DNA from: an uncultured Chthonomonadaceae bacterium
Lineage (GTDB): Bacteria; Armatimonadota; Chthonomonadetes; Chthonomonadales; Chthonomonadaceae
Assembly: GCA_963817895.1 (NCBI GenBank)
Contig: CAWFQB010000014.1
Coordinates: 128,001 to 192,000, forward strand
DNA: 64,000 nt
Reading direction: 5' to 3'
Under the pieces are notes generated by a model, which was not told the DNA's origin, did not search any database, and worked only from the letters and a program-made list of their open reading frames with translations. The number at the start of each line of letters is the position of its first letter. The stretch's first letter is position 1. A program made the position numbers and the translations under genes. This document shows positions 38,151 to 47,714 of the stretch, one piece after another.

Positions 38151-38158
38151 AAAAGAAC

Positions 38159-39925
38159 ATGGACACAGACGAAAAAAGCGTGTTTAACCATTTTGCGGAA
38201 GTGGCGGAGAGAGTGGGCGCGACTACGAAGCGGCTGGACAAGGCGGCGTTTATCGGCGATTATTTTTCGTCGTTGGCGGACGAGGATTTGGTTTTGGCGG
38301 CGCGGTATTTTGCGGGGTATGCGTTTTCGTTGCGGGATCAGCGCAATACCAATATCGGCACGGCGGCGTTGCTGACGGCGATTCGATCCGTCAGTCAGGT
38401 GCCGGATGAGGAGTTGCGGCAGCGGCTGGTTGTTTTGGGCGATCCGGGCGATATGGCGCGGGAGGTGTTCGCAAAAGGGGACAATGCGGACATTACGCCA
38501 ACCCTGACGCTGGCACAGATTGCAAACGCGCTGGAGAAATTGGCGGCGACCAGCGGTTCCAAGCAAAAGGCGCAACAGGTGGCGGAATTGTTGAGTAATG
38601 CAACGCCATTGGAAGCCAAATACGTCGTGAAGTTGTTGTCGGGGGATTTGCGCATCGGATTGAAAGAGGGCGCGGTTGAGGACGCGATTGCGCGATTGGC
38701 ACAAACGGAAGTGGGGCGTATTCAGTGGGTAAATATGCTGACGGGCGATATTGGCGAAACGGCATTGCTGGCGCGGAGGGGTGAACTGGATACGGCGCAA
38801 CTGCATCTGTTTCACGCCATTAAGTTTATGCTTGCAACGCCTGCGGCAGATTTAGCCGATGTACAGAAACAGATGCCGGAGCGGTTTGTGGTGGAAGACA
38901 AGTTCGACGGCATACGGGCGCAGGCGCATATCGCGCCTGCGGTTCCGGGTGAAACCACGCTGCACGGGATTGTTCATAACGGTGTTCGCGTCGCGCTGTT
39001 TTCGCGAACGCTGGATGAGATTACGGGGAGTTTTCCCGATCTGGTTGCGCCGCTTGCCCGCTTGCTGACAGTGGACGCGGCACAGGCTAACAATGCTGAA
39101 TCGGGCGCGGGAGAAACTGCAGGGCTGATACTGGATGGGGAAATCGTGCCGGTACAGGGAGAAAAGATACTGCCGTTTCAGCAGTTGCAGCAACGCTTGA
39201 ACCGCAAAGTGCTGCCACCCGAACTGCTTGCCAACATTCCCGCCGCGTTTGTGGCTTATGATATGCTGTACGGAGGGGGAGAGATACTGCTGGAAAAGCC
39301 GTTTGCCGAGCGCAGGTCAAAGCTGGAAGCCCTGAATGTGGATGGGCAAACGGCGCGTCGGGCCGGTTCGCGCGCGTTTTCCGATGTGGCGGAACTGGAT
39401 GCCGAATTTGTGGAGGCGCGGGCGCGGGGCAATGAGGGCCTGATGGTAAAAGACCCGGCTTCGCCCTATAAACCGGGGCGGCGGGGAAGAGATTGGCTGA
39501 AAATCAAGAAGGCGCTGGCGACGCTGGATGTGGTCGTAACCTCGGTTGAGGTTGGTTCGGGCCGGCGGAGCAAGTTTCTGTCGGATTATACCTTTGCCGT
39601 GCGGGCGAGTGACACGGATGATACCTTGCTCAATGTCGGCAAGGCGTACAGCGGCCTGACGGATGAAGAGGTAACGGCGTTGAGCGAGTGGTTTCGGGCG
39701 CATACCTTGCAGGAATACGCGCATGGCAAGGTGCGCGTGGTAGAGCCGCAAATCGTCATGGAAATCACCTTTGACCGGGTACAGGCTTCCAAACGGCACA
39801 AAAGCGGTTATGCGCTACGGTTTCCGCGTATCCTGCGAATTCGGCACGACAAGCCGGCAACGGAAATTGACACGCTTGACGCGGTTCGCGCCCTGGTCGA
39901 TGAGAGAGCAGTCGAGGAAGAATAG
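38159..39925 (+). CDS. ATP-dependent DNA ligase (LigB-like)
   Basis: DNA-binding domain (GDLRIG), motif I EDKFDG.R, ILDGEIV, YDML, EGLMVK, Y.PGRRG..WLK.K and an OB domain with GYALRFPR...R.DK. Confidence 0.95.
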   Translation: MDTDEKSVFNHFAEVAERVGATTKRLDKAAFIGDYFSSLADEDLVLAARYFAGYAFSLRDQRNTNIGTAALLTAIRSVSQVPDEELRQRLVVLGDPGDMAREVFAKGDNADITPTLTLAQIANALEKLAATSGSKQKAQQVAELLSNATPLEAKYVVKLLSGDLRIGLKEGAVEDAIARLAQTEVGRIQWVNMLTGDIGETALLARRGELDTAQLHLFHAIKFMLATPAADLADVQKQMPERFVVEDKFDGIRAQAHIAPAVPGETTLHGIVHNGVRVALFSRTLDEITGSFPDLVAPLARLLTVDAAQANNAESGAGETAGLILDGEIVPVQGEKILPFQQLQQRLNRKVLPPELLANIPAAFVAYDMLYGGGEILLEKPFAERRSKLEALNVDGQTARRAGSRAFSDVAELDAEFVEARARGNEGLMVKDPASPYKPGRRGRDWLKIKKALATLDVVVTSVEVGSGRRSKFLSDYTFAVRASDTDDTLLNVGKAYSGLTDEEVTALSEWFRAHTLQEYAHGKVRVVEPQIVMEITFDRVQASKRHKSGYALRFPRILRIRHDKPATEIDTLDAVRALVDERAVEEE

Positions 39926-39990
39926 CCCTCAACCGGGCGTCCACTTGTGAACACAACCCCTTCTCCCAAAAAAGCCTGGGAGAAGGGGAG
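39926..39990. repeat. Family-A palindromic repeat with an inserted sub-hairpin
   Basis: CCCTCAACC-GGGCGTCCACTTGTGAACACAA-CCCCTTCTCCCAAAAAAGCCTGGGAGAAGGGG. Confidence 0.85.
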
Positions 39991-40058
39991 TCGCCTGTTT
40001 GATTACAAAGGTGAATGGGGTTCGTGGGGTTTTGGAGAGAACAAAGGTGATAACGTTT

Positions 40059-41132
40059 ATGAATGAAACAACGCTTGATCCTACGCCAACATTAGAAAGC
40101 GCGCGAACCGCGTTTGATGCGTTCTTGAATGGGGCGCAACCTGCCACGCGCATAGTAGGGCTGCACGACTCGGATGCGGACGGCGTGACGGCGGGCGTGG
40201 TGTGGCAGCGAGGATTAGAGCGATTGGGATTTGCGCCCACGCGCCTGATACCCAATCGTGAGCGCAATGCGTGGACGCCGACAAACCGCGCCAGTCTATT
40301 GAAACTTAACCCCGAAATGCTGTTCGTGATGGATTTAGGCAGTCAAGACACGCCCGTGTTGGATGGTGTGCCAACGTGTTTTATTGATCACCACCACCCG
40401 GAGGGTTGCCCGCCCGGCGACACGCTTATCAGCGCATATACGTGGAATCCGATCCCGAATACGTCCATACTGGCGTACGATTTGTTGTTGCCTCGCGTAG
40501 ATGTATCCGATCTGGATTGGATTGCCGCAATCGGGGCTTTGAGCGATCTTGGGGATAAAGCGCCGTTTGAACTGGTGGATCAGGCGAAGAAAAAATATAC
40601 GGCCAAATACCTGCGGGAAGTAACGTCACTGGTGAACGCTTCGCGCCGCGCAAGCGAGTACAACCCGGAAGCGGCGGCCCGCGCTTTATTGAACCACGAT
40701 AGCCCTCGCGCTTTGTACAACTCCGACTCGCCGGATGTGGAATTCTTGCGCCGGTCGCGGGCAGAGGTGAAACTGGCTATGGAGGAAGCGCGTAAAGCTG
40801 CGCCTGTTTTTGCCGATCAAGTCGCTCTGGTACGCCTGAATACGCCCTGTCAGGTACACCCGCTGATTGCGCAGAGTTGGCGAACCCGCCTGCCCAAATA
40901 CATCGTGATTGTGGCAAACGAGGGCTACATGCCGGGACGCATCAACTTTTCCGCCCGCGCTATGGCAGATAAGAATGTCCTGCAATTTCTGCGCAGTTTC
41001 GATCTCGGGGAGGGCGAGGGCAACTTCGGACACGGACACGATCAGGCATCCGGCGGCAGCCTGCCCGTAGACCGCTGGAACCTGCTGCTGGAAAAAATGG
41101 GTTTTCCAGCCAGCGTGAGAGCCGGAAATTAA
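40059..41132 (+). CDS. DHH/DHHA1 phosphoesterase (short RecJ-like)
   Basis: Motifs HDSDADG, VMDLG, IDHH, IGALSD, FSAR and GHGHDQASG. Confidence 0.88.
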   Translation: MNETTLDPTPTLESARTAFDAFLNGAQPATRIVGLHDSDADGVTAGVVWQRGLERLGFAPTRLIPNRERNAWTPTNRASLLKLNPEMLFVMDLGSQDTPVLDGVPTCFIDHHHPEGCPPGDTLISAYTWNPIPNTSILAYDLLLPRVDVSDLDWIAAIGALSDLGDKAPFELVDQAKKKYTAKYLREVTSLVNASRRASEYNPEAAARALLNHDSPRALYNSDSPDVEFLRRSRAEVKLAMEEARKAAPVFADQVALVRLNTPCQVHPLIAQSWRTRLPKYIVIVANEGYMPGRINFSARAMADKNVLQFLRSFDLGEGEGNFGHGHDQASGGSLPVDRWNLLLEKMGFPASVRAGN

Positions 41133-42205
41133 CCCCACCAGAAGGACGCGGCAAGGATGCCGTACAAGCCTATCAATGCCAGACCTTCGAGCCAGTTGGA
41201 TTCGCCGTCGTAAACAATGACCGCATTGATGAGGGTTGTCAGGCCGAGGGCGGCGACGAGCAGGGGCGGCAAGTTCAGGGTGAGCGGATGCGCGGGGCTG
41301 ACCACGAGACTGAGCAGAACGAGCGCAGGCGTGAGCGCTAAGGCCACTTGCAGGGAACTGTTGAGGATTACGCTCACGGCGAAATCGGCTTTGTTTTTGG
41401 CGGCAAGCTGGATGCCGACCACGTTTTCAACCGCGTTGCCTGCGATGGCGACAAGCACCAGTCCCGTGAACGCTTCGGAAAGATGCAGAATTTTGATGGC
41501 GGGCTGCATGGCGTCTACGAACCAATCGGAGACAAAGGCGGCGCCGATACCGGCAAAAGTGAGCATGGTAACGGCAAGCCACAGCGGCCAGGCGTGAGCC
41601 GTATCGGGAACCTCTTCAGCATCGAAGTGGCACTCCGATTCAGGGTTTTTCAGGAAGAAGGGGATGCTGGCGGCGAAAATGATGAGCAGCACGACCGCGC
41701 TTGCCCCGCTTAAAGCGTTGATATGCGTGCTGACAGGGGCATGAAGATTGTGCGCCAACGTAGGAATGACAAGCGCGGCCATTGCCAGCACCATCAGGGT
41801 GACGATCAGGCGCGGCTGCTCCTTGCTGAATTTTTGGGTTCCGTTTTTGATGCCGCCCACGAAAAACGCGAGGCCAAGAACAAGTAACGAGTTGCCCAGA
41901 ATGGAGCCGACGAGCGCGGCCTGAACCACCGTCACCAGTCCGGCGCGAAGGCTGAAAATGCCGATGAAGAGTTCGGGAAGATTGCCGAGCGCGGACTGCA
42001 ATACGCCGGTCGCGCCGGGACCGAGTTTGCCGCCAAGCTGTTCCGTGGCATGGCCGACAATGGCAGCCAGCATTGCCAGCGCGACGCCGCACACCACGAA
42101 TAGCAATACGGGGTTGATGTGCAGGCGCGTCATTACGGCGGCGAGTATAGTAGCGACAAGAGCGATCAGCGCGGTTCGGCGTTCGCCGGGTTTCAGAGTT
42201 GACAT
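41129..42205 (-). CDS. Calcium/proton antiporter (CaCA/CAX family)
   Basis: Motifs GNLPEL, GSIL.NSLLVLG, AIAGNAVE, NSSLQVAL and DGESNWLEG, with about ten TM segments. Confidence 0.92.
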   Translation of the reverse strand: MSTLKPGERRTALIALVATILAAVMTRLHINPVLLFVVCGVALAMLAAIVGHATEQLGGKLGPGATGVLQSALGNLPELFIGIFSLRAGLVTVVQAALVGSILGNSLLVLGLAFFVGGIKNGTQKFSKEQPRLIVTLMVLAMAALVIPTLAHNLHAPVSTHINALSGASAVVLLIIFAASIPFFLKNPESECHFDAEEVPDTAHAWPLWLAVTMLTFAGIGAAFVSDWFVDAMQPAIKILHLSEAFTGLVLVAIAGNAVENVVGIQLAAKNKADFAVSVILNSSLQVALALTPALVLLSLVVSPAHPLTLNLPPLLVAALGLTTLINAVIVYDGESNWLEGLALIGLYGILAASFWWG

Positions 42206-42239
42206 TCGGCCTCACAAAGAGCGATGTTGCAGAGTAGAT

Positions 42240-43055
42240 TTAATCCCACCAGAAGTACCATTGTTCGCTGATTTGCAGGCCGTCGGCAAGTTTGGCAAGC
42301 GTGCCGACACCCTGATTTACGATGTCGGGGCAGTATTGGCACTGCTCAAAGGCAAGCGCTTCCGCGTCTAAGCGGCGGGCAGGAAGGCGGGATGCGAGTG
42401 TTTCCATCACATCATGGGAAATGCCAACAACTTCAACGCCATACAAATCGTGCCAGTATTTAAGCGCGCTGACATGGGCTTCAGGGCTGGGACATTCGTT
42501 CCAACTGCCGAAGCGCAGATACGCGGGAACTTCCCAGGTGTTCAGCGTGTGAACAAGGCCGACGTAAACGCGGGGATAGCCTGTATCGGTTTTATAGTCG
42601 CGGGGAATGTGGAAGAAGTAGGGATCAACAGCATCGGGCATTCCCGCAACAGTTTGTATGCCTTCGGACGCGGCCTGCTGCCACTGTTCGCGCGCCTGCT
42701 TGAATTGTTTGTAACCCTCGCTGGCCTCGTACTCCTCATCGCCCATCGCGTCCGGCTGTCTTGTAAACAAAATGCTCGGTGATTGCTGTAGCCCTCGCGC
42801 AATGATGTCGGGAATACGTTTCGCGGCGTGGATTTGCCCCTCCTGCCGCAAAAATTCCAGATCGTTGTCGTTGCCCAACACGACAGGCCAATGGCCGGTT
42901 TGCTGCCGAATGTCGCGCAACGCGAACCAGAGGTTGACAGCCTCATCCCCATGCACGGCAAATGCGCTGAGAACAAAATCATTTATCTCCACAACTGGCG
43001 CGAATGTAGAGGTGTCTATTCTATTCTGCTGAAGAATTGTTGTGAGTGTTTCCAT
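42240..43055 (-). CDS. DUF4253-domain protein
   Basis: FGSWNECP....H...LKYW...YG...V....D, A.EQ..YCPDIV.QG..TL..LA and terminal WYFWWD. Confidence 0.88.
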   Translation of the reverse strand: METLTTILQQNRIDTSTFAPVVEINDFVLSAFAVHGDEAVNLWFALRDIRQQTGHWPVVLGNDNDLEFLRQEGQIHAAKRIPDIIARGLQQSPSILFTRQPDAMGDEEYEASEGYKQFKQAREQWQQAASEGIQTVAGMPDAVDPYFFHIPRDYKTDTGYPRVYVGLVHTLNTWEVPAYLRFGSWNECPSPEAHVSALKYWHDLYGVEVVGISHDVMETLASRLPARRLDAEALAFEQCQYCPDIVNQGVGTLAKLADGLQISEQWYFWWD

Positions 43056-43057
43056 TT

Positions 43058-44029
43058 TTAATGATCGTGATCGGCGTTCATGTCGGGTTGTTTGGCTTCC
43101 ATGCCGCCTTTGCCGCCCATCATCATGGTGGGCATGTTGCCATCATCGGAAGTGGAGCGTTCGGGGTTGTTGGCGGCGCAGGGCGTGTTGAATTTGGGCT
43201 GCGCAAAGGGCAGGGACGTGCTGCCCCGCGCCAGTATGTGTTTTTCGTTGCCGCCATCCCAGGGCGTAAAACTGCGGGCATTGCAATAGTGGCTGACGAA
43301 CGAGCGGCGCATCCGGTTCTCGCTTTTGTTCGATAGGGAGCGGTGAAGGACGTGGCCGCCGAAGAACGCCACATCGCCGGGTTCCATCACGCACGACACT
43401 TCACTGCCTTTGTATTTGGCGGCGATGGGGCGCAGGCTGTTCGTCACATCATCATCGTCGTTGGAATGTCCGCCAACTTTGTCCATTGTCGGAATGTTGT
43501 CGAGTTCGCGCTGTCCGTAGCCGTAGCCGATTGTAGGCGGATAAATGGGTTCGTTCTGGCTGCCTTTTGTCATCCACATGCAGCCGTTTTCTTCATCGGC
43601 GCGATCCAGAGCCAGCCACGCGCCGCATAGCGAATCGGGGAACGTCGGGATATAGTAGGTGTCCTGATGGTAGCCCTGCCCTTCGGCTCCGGGCGCTTTG
43701 AGAAACAGCATGGTTTGCATGGCAAGCACGTCCGGGCCGATAAGCGCTTCCAGCACATCCAGAACGCGCGGGTGCAGCATGAATCGCTCATGGATTTCCA
43801 GTTGCCGATGCAGCATGTGGATACGCAGCAACCGTTTTTCCATGTCGCGCAGGCTGGCATCGGGCGGGGGCGGGGGAACGCCGGGAACTTCGACGCGCCC
43901 GTACATCAGTTCTTCCGTATGCGCTTTCAGTTCCTCCACTTCCTCGCGTGAAACTAAATCGCGGACAATCAGAAACCCGTCATGCCGGAAGGAAACGTAC
44001 TGGTCTACGCTGACGCGGTAGGATTCCAA
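43058..44029 (-). CDS. Phytanoyl-CoA dioxygenase (PhyH) family 2OG-Fe(II) oxygenase
   Basis: Motifs HDGFL, QTMLFLKAPG, YHQD, AWLALD....NGC and GDV.FF....LHRS..N. Confidence 0.92.
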   Translation of the reverse strand: MESYRVSVDQYVSFRHDGFLIVRDLVSREEVEELKAHTEELMYGRVEVPGVPPPPPDASLRDMEKRLLRIHMLHRQLEIHERFMLHPRVLDVLEALIGPDVLAMQTMLFLKAPGAEGQGYHQDTYYIPTFPDSLCGAWLALDRADEENGCMWMTKGSQNEPIYPPTIGYGYGQRELDNIPTMDKVGGHSNDDDDVTNSLRPIAAKYKGSEVSCVMEPGDVAFFGGHVLHRSLSNKSENRMRRSFVSHYCNARSFTPWDGGNEKHILARGSTSLPFAQPKFNTPCAANNPERSTSDDGNMPTMMMGGKGGMEAKQPDMNADHDH

Positions 44030-44102
44030 CGAAAAAGATGTTGTTTCAGGGCGAATGAGTGTTCGGTTTGATCAGAGTATCCATAGGGCATATTTCCGGC
44101 AT

Positions 44103-44256
44103 TTGTCTTGAACCATGATTTACGTGATTAGATGATTAGCATGATTATGTGCACTGATTCGTATCAAGCCGTTGTCTGGCTTCTGTCAAAAGATGATGAA
44201 CGTTCAGAAGGCAATCATGATAATCGCTAAATCACATAAATCATGGTTCAAGACAA
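44103..44256. repeat. Long inverted-repeat element, family C
   Basis: 44-bp arms starting TTGTCTTGAACCATGATT and ending AATCATGGTTCAAGACAA, about 38/44 complementary. Same termini and GATT periodicity as 36837-36993. Confidence 0.85.
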
Positions 44257-44260
44257 TTTG

Positions 44261-45331
44261 CTAATGTAAATCGGCATGGCCGGGCAAATACAGGTCGGCG
44301 AAAACGGGGCAGTGGTCGGAACCGGCGGATGTGCCTACCCAACTGTTGAGAACCTGCCACTGCGGGCTGGTGAAAATATGGTCTATGCGAACGTAGGAGT
44401 GGCCTATTTTGGTTGTTTCGCCGTAGGTGTAGCCGTATCCTGCCCCGGCGGCGGAAAAAGCGTCAGTCAGGCCGAGCGCGAAGAGGTTTCTGCACACGAT
44501 GGACTGAACGGGGGCGTTGAAGTCACCCGCCGCGATCATCGGCAATTTCTCCGTTTGCAGATGTTTTACCAGTTGCTGCGATTGACGAACGCGAACTTCT
44601 AAGTTTTCAACGAGCGTATCCATGCCTTTGCGGGGGTGTTTCATGGCGGCAATGCCGAAGCGGGGCGATTCCAGATGGCAGGAATAGACGACAATATCCT
44701 GACCGTCGGCGTGAAGCAGGCAACGCTCCACGCGATGATTTTGCTCCGGGTAGGAAATCCAGCGTATGTCCATGTCCGTGAGCGGCAGGTGACTGGCAAT
44801 GATGTACTGATCTACAGCCTGAACGTTCCAGCCTTTGAGGAACTGCCCCATTTCCGGGTTTAATCCGCCGCCCGCGTCCTGCATGAGCATCACGTCCGGC
44901 TTGTAGTGTTCTATATCCTCCTCGATGGCTTTCACATCCCGTTGCGCCCATTTGATATTGTAGGTCATTACGCGCAGGCGCAATCCTTTGTCCTGTGGCG
45001 TACCTCCATGAAAAAAGTTCAGACTGCCGCCCATGACCGGGCCGAAAACGAGTAACGCCAGAAGTGTCGGCAGCCACCAGCGCTTGCGGGCGCGAAGTAA
45101 AACCCATGGAAACAGAACAATCAGGGGAAGCGCCCATAGCCATTGCGGCAGATACAGGTTCAGACCGGTGGGCCACCAGTTTTCCGGGCCGAAATGGTTT
45201 GCGGTCACAAGTATCAGAATTATCGTGGTATACGCGGCAAGCGCAGCCGTTAAAAGCAGGGAACGGGGCTGCGAATTCTGCGCGGGTGGGGAAGTTGCAG
45301 ACGTTTCTGCTTCCGGGTTTGACTCGGACAT
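44261..45331 (-). CDS. Membrane-anchored endonuclease/exonuclease/phosphatase family protein
   Basis: Three N-terminal TM segments, then RVMTYNI, PDVMLMQD, AGDFNA, RIDHIF and GSDHCPV. Confidence 0.9.
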   Translation of the reverse strand: MSESNPEAETSATSPPAQNSQPRSLLLTAALAAYTTIILILVTANHFGPENWWPTGLNLYLPQWLWALPLIVLFPWVLLRARKRWWLPTLLALLVFGPVMGGSLNFFHGGTPQDKGLRLRVMTYNIKWAQRDVKAIEEDIEHYKPDVMLMQDAGGGLNPEMGQFLKGWNVQAVDQYIIASHLPLTDMDIRWISYPEQNHRVERCLLHADGQDIVVYSCHLESPRFGIAAMKHPRKGMDTLVENLEVRVRQSQQLVKHLQTEKLPMIAAGDFNAPVQSIVCRNLFALGLTDAFSAAGAGYGYTYGETTKIGHSYVRIDHIFTSPQWQVLNSWVGTSAGSDHCPVFADLYLPGHADLH

Positions 45332-45469
45332 GACACTCTCTTTCAGAAATTGAGACACAATGGGCAAAAGTCGGCAGGAGGAACGCAGCGCCTCGTCGAA
45401 TCTATACGGTAACAAGCAACCGTCTCGCGCATTGTCTTTGTATACGCGCAAAAGAGAGTTTGTATCCCA

Positions 45470-46248
45470 TTGGCGATTTCTTCCGCTTCCAACATACGAA
45501 TTATCGGCCTGATTCCGGCGCGATTGGCGTCAACCCGCCTGCCGAATAAGCCCCTTGTGGATATTGGCGGCTGGCCGATGCTGCGCCACGTATGGCATCG
45601 GGCGCGGCAGGCGCAGGGTTTAGATTTAGTCGCTATTGCTACGCCGGATGAGGCCATTGCCGAAGCCGCAAAAGGCTTTGGGGCGCAGGTTGTCATGACA
45701 GCCGCTTCGCACCCTCCGGCACGGATCGTTTAGCGGAAGCCGCGCGCCTGCTGGAACTGAACTCGAATGATATTGTCGTGAACATACAGGGCGATGAACC
45801 ATTGCTCGACCCGACGAGTATACAAAGGGCGCTTCAACTGCTGCTGGAAGACCCGGCGTTAGTGATGAGCAGTCTGATGTGTCCCTGCCCGGAACGCGAG
45901 TTGGACAACCCGGCCTGTGTAAAAGTGGTGTGCGCCTTAAACGGGGACGCGCTTTATTTTTCGCGGGCGCGTCTGCCCTTTGAGCGTGACGCGGGCAGTT
46001 CAAGCGCGGCAACGGTAATGCAGCATATCGGGCTGTATACGTACCGCAACCACTTTTTGCAAATGTATTTGACCCTGCCGCCCTCCCCGTTGGAAAGGAC
46101 GGAGGGACTGGAACAGTTACGGGTTTTGGAACACGGGTATCGTATTCGCATGGCGCGGATTGAAAACGCGCCGCTCGGAGTGGATACGCCGGAAGATTTA
46201 GAACGGGCGCGGCAGCTTTTAGCAGGATTTTCGCCGCCGGATGTATAA
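45470..46248 (+). CDS. kdsB: 3-deoxy-manno-octulosonate cytidylyltransferase (one indel near 45715)
   Basis: Motifs IPARLASTRLPNKPL, NIQGDEP, VKVV, ALYFSR, HIGLY.Y, LEQLRVLEHG and GVDTPEDL. Confidence 0.93.
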
Positions 46249-46252
46249 AATG

Positions 46253-46298
46253 CCCTCAACCCCTAACCCCTTCTTCCAAAAAGGCCTGGGAGAAGGGG
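46253..46298. repeat. Family-A palindromic repeat
   Basis: CCCTCAACCCCTAACCCCTTCTTCCAAAAAGGCCTGGGAGAAGGGG. Confidence 0.85.
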
Positions 46299-46363
46299 AA
46301 CTGTTGTTAGGAAACTGAAGAAGCGTAGAACTGTTAAACATTATCAAGGGAGATTGGACGAAC

Positions 46364-47378
46364 ATGACAGCAACAAGCGACAGCAGTGAGCAGAAGGTAC
46401 GAATCGGCATTATTGGGACGGGCGGGATCGCGCAGGGGCATGTGAAGCGCCTGTCGGCGATGCCGAACGTGGAGATTACCGCGCTGTGCGACATCGTGCC
46501 GGCGCAAATGGAAAAGACGGTCGAGCGTAACCCGCAGGTGAAGGATGCCAAACAGTTCACGAACTATGAGGAACTGATTTCGTCGGGGCTGGTGGACGCG
46601 GTGAACATTGACACGCCGCATACTATTCACTTCGAGCAGATTATGAACAGCCTTGGACAAAGGACTGCACGTTCTGACCGAAAAGCCGATGGTATGCAAG
46701 GTGACCGATGCCCATGAGGTGCTGAAGAAGATTGACGAGAGCGGCAAAGTGTTCGTGCTGAACTATCAGCGGCATTTTCAGCCGGAGTTCCTGTACATCA
46801 AGAAGGTGATTGAGTCCGGGGAGTACGGACCGGTGCAGTTCGTGCAGGGCTTGCAGGGGCAGGAGTGGAAAAAGGCGGTTGCGGGAACGTGGCGACAGGA
46901 CCCGGCACTGGGCGGCGGCGGGCAACTGAACGACTCCGGGTCGCACATGCTGGCCGTGCTGCTGTACGTGACCGGTTTGAGCGTGGAAGCGGTTGCAGGC
47001 TTCATAGACAATCTCGGCGTTCCGGTTGACATCAACTCCGCGCTTTCATTCCGGTTTGTGGGCGGGGCGCAGGGCAATGTGTCCGTTGTTGGCAACGCCC
47101 CATCCTTCTATGAGGACATCACCATCTGGTGTGACGAGGGCGCGTTCTACATGCGGAACGGCAAACTGGAAGTGCAGGACGGCAAAGGCAAAAAATCTAC
47201 GCCCGCTCCCGAAGATATGCCCAAAGGCAGCAATCCCGATGAGAACTTTGTCAATGCCATTTTGGGCAAGGAGGCGGTTGGCTGCGACGCGAAGATGGGT
47301 CTGCGCGTAATCGAACTTACGGAAGCCGCGTGGAAAGCCGCCGAAGAGAAGGGCATCGTCACCGTGAAGCGGGCGTAG
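46364..47378 (+). CDS. Gfo/Idh/MocA family oxidoreductase (one indel near 46655)
   Basis: Motifs IGIIGTGGIA, TPH..H, HVLTEKPM, WR.DP..GGGG.L.D.GSH. Confidence 0.92.
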
Positions 47379-47380
47379 TT

Positions 47381-47490
47381 TACCTCGCCCCGGGCGTCCA
47401 CCCGGAGGGAAGGACACCCCTCTCCTTGCCGCGCTTTCAAAAGAGCGCGTTGTAGCGAAGCAGACGCGCTTCATTACGCCAGGGGAGGGG
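47381..47490. repeat. Expanded family-B palindrome with inserted hairpins
   Basis: TACCTCGCCCC..., CCCCTCTCCTTGCCGCGC...TACGCCAGGGGAGGGG, followed by a T-run. Confidence 0.7.
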
Positions 47491-47714
47491 CTTTTTTAGT
47501 CTGGTTTTATTCAGATATAGAGTATAGAAGACTGTTTAGACACATTTCAATAAGTTGCAGACGGGCATTTGAGTTTTGACGTGATACTGGAAGAAAATTA
47601 AAATTTGGCGTCACGATATAGAAGGAAATGCGTAGTTCAGTATAAGTGAAAAAGCAAGTCTTAAACATCTGGCAGCGCCCCTAATTTGCCATGAACTTGC
47701 GGAGGGTGAACAAC

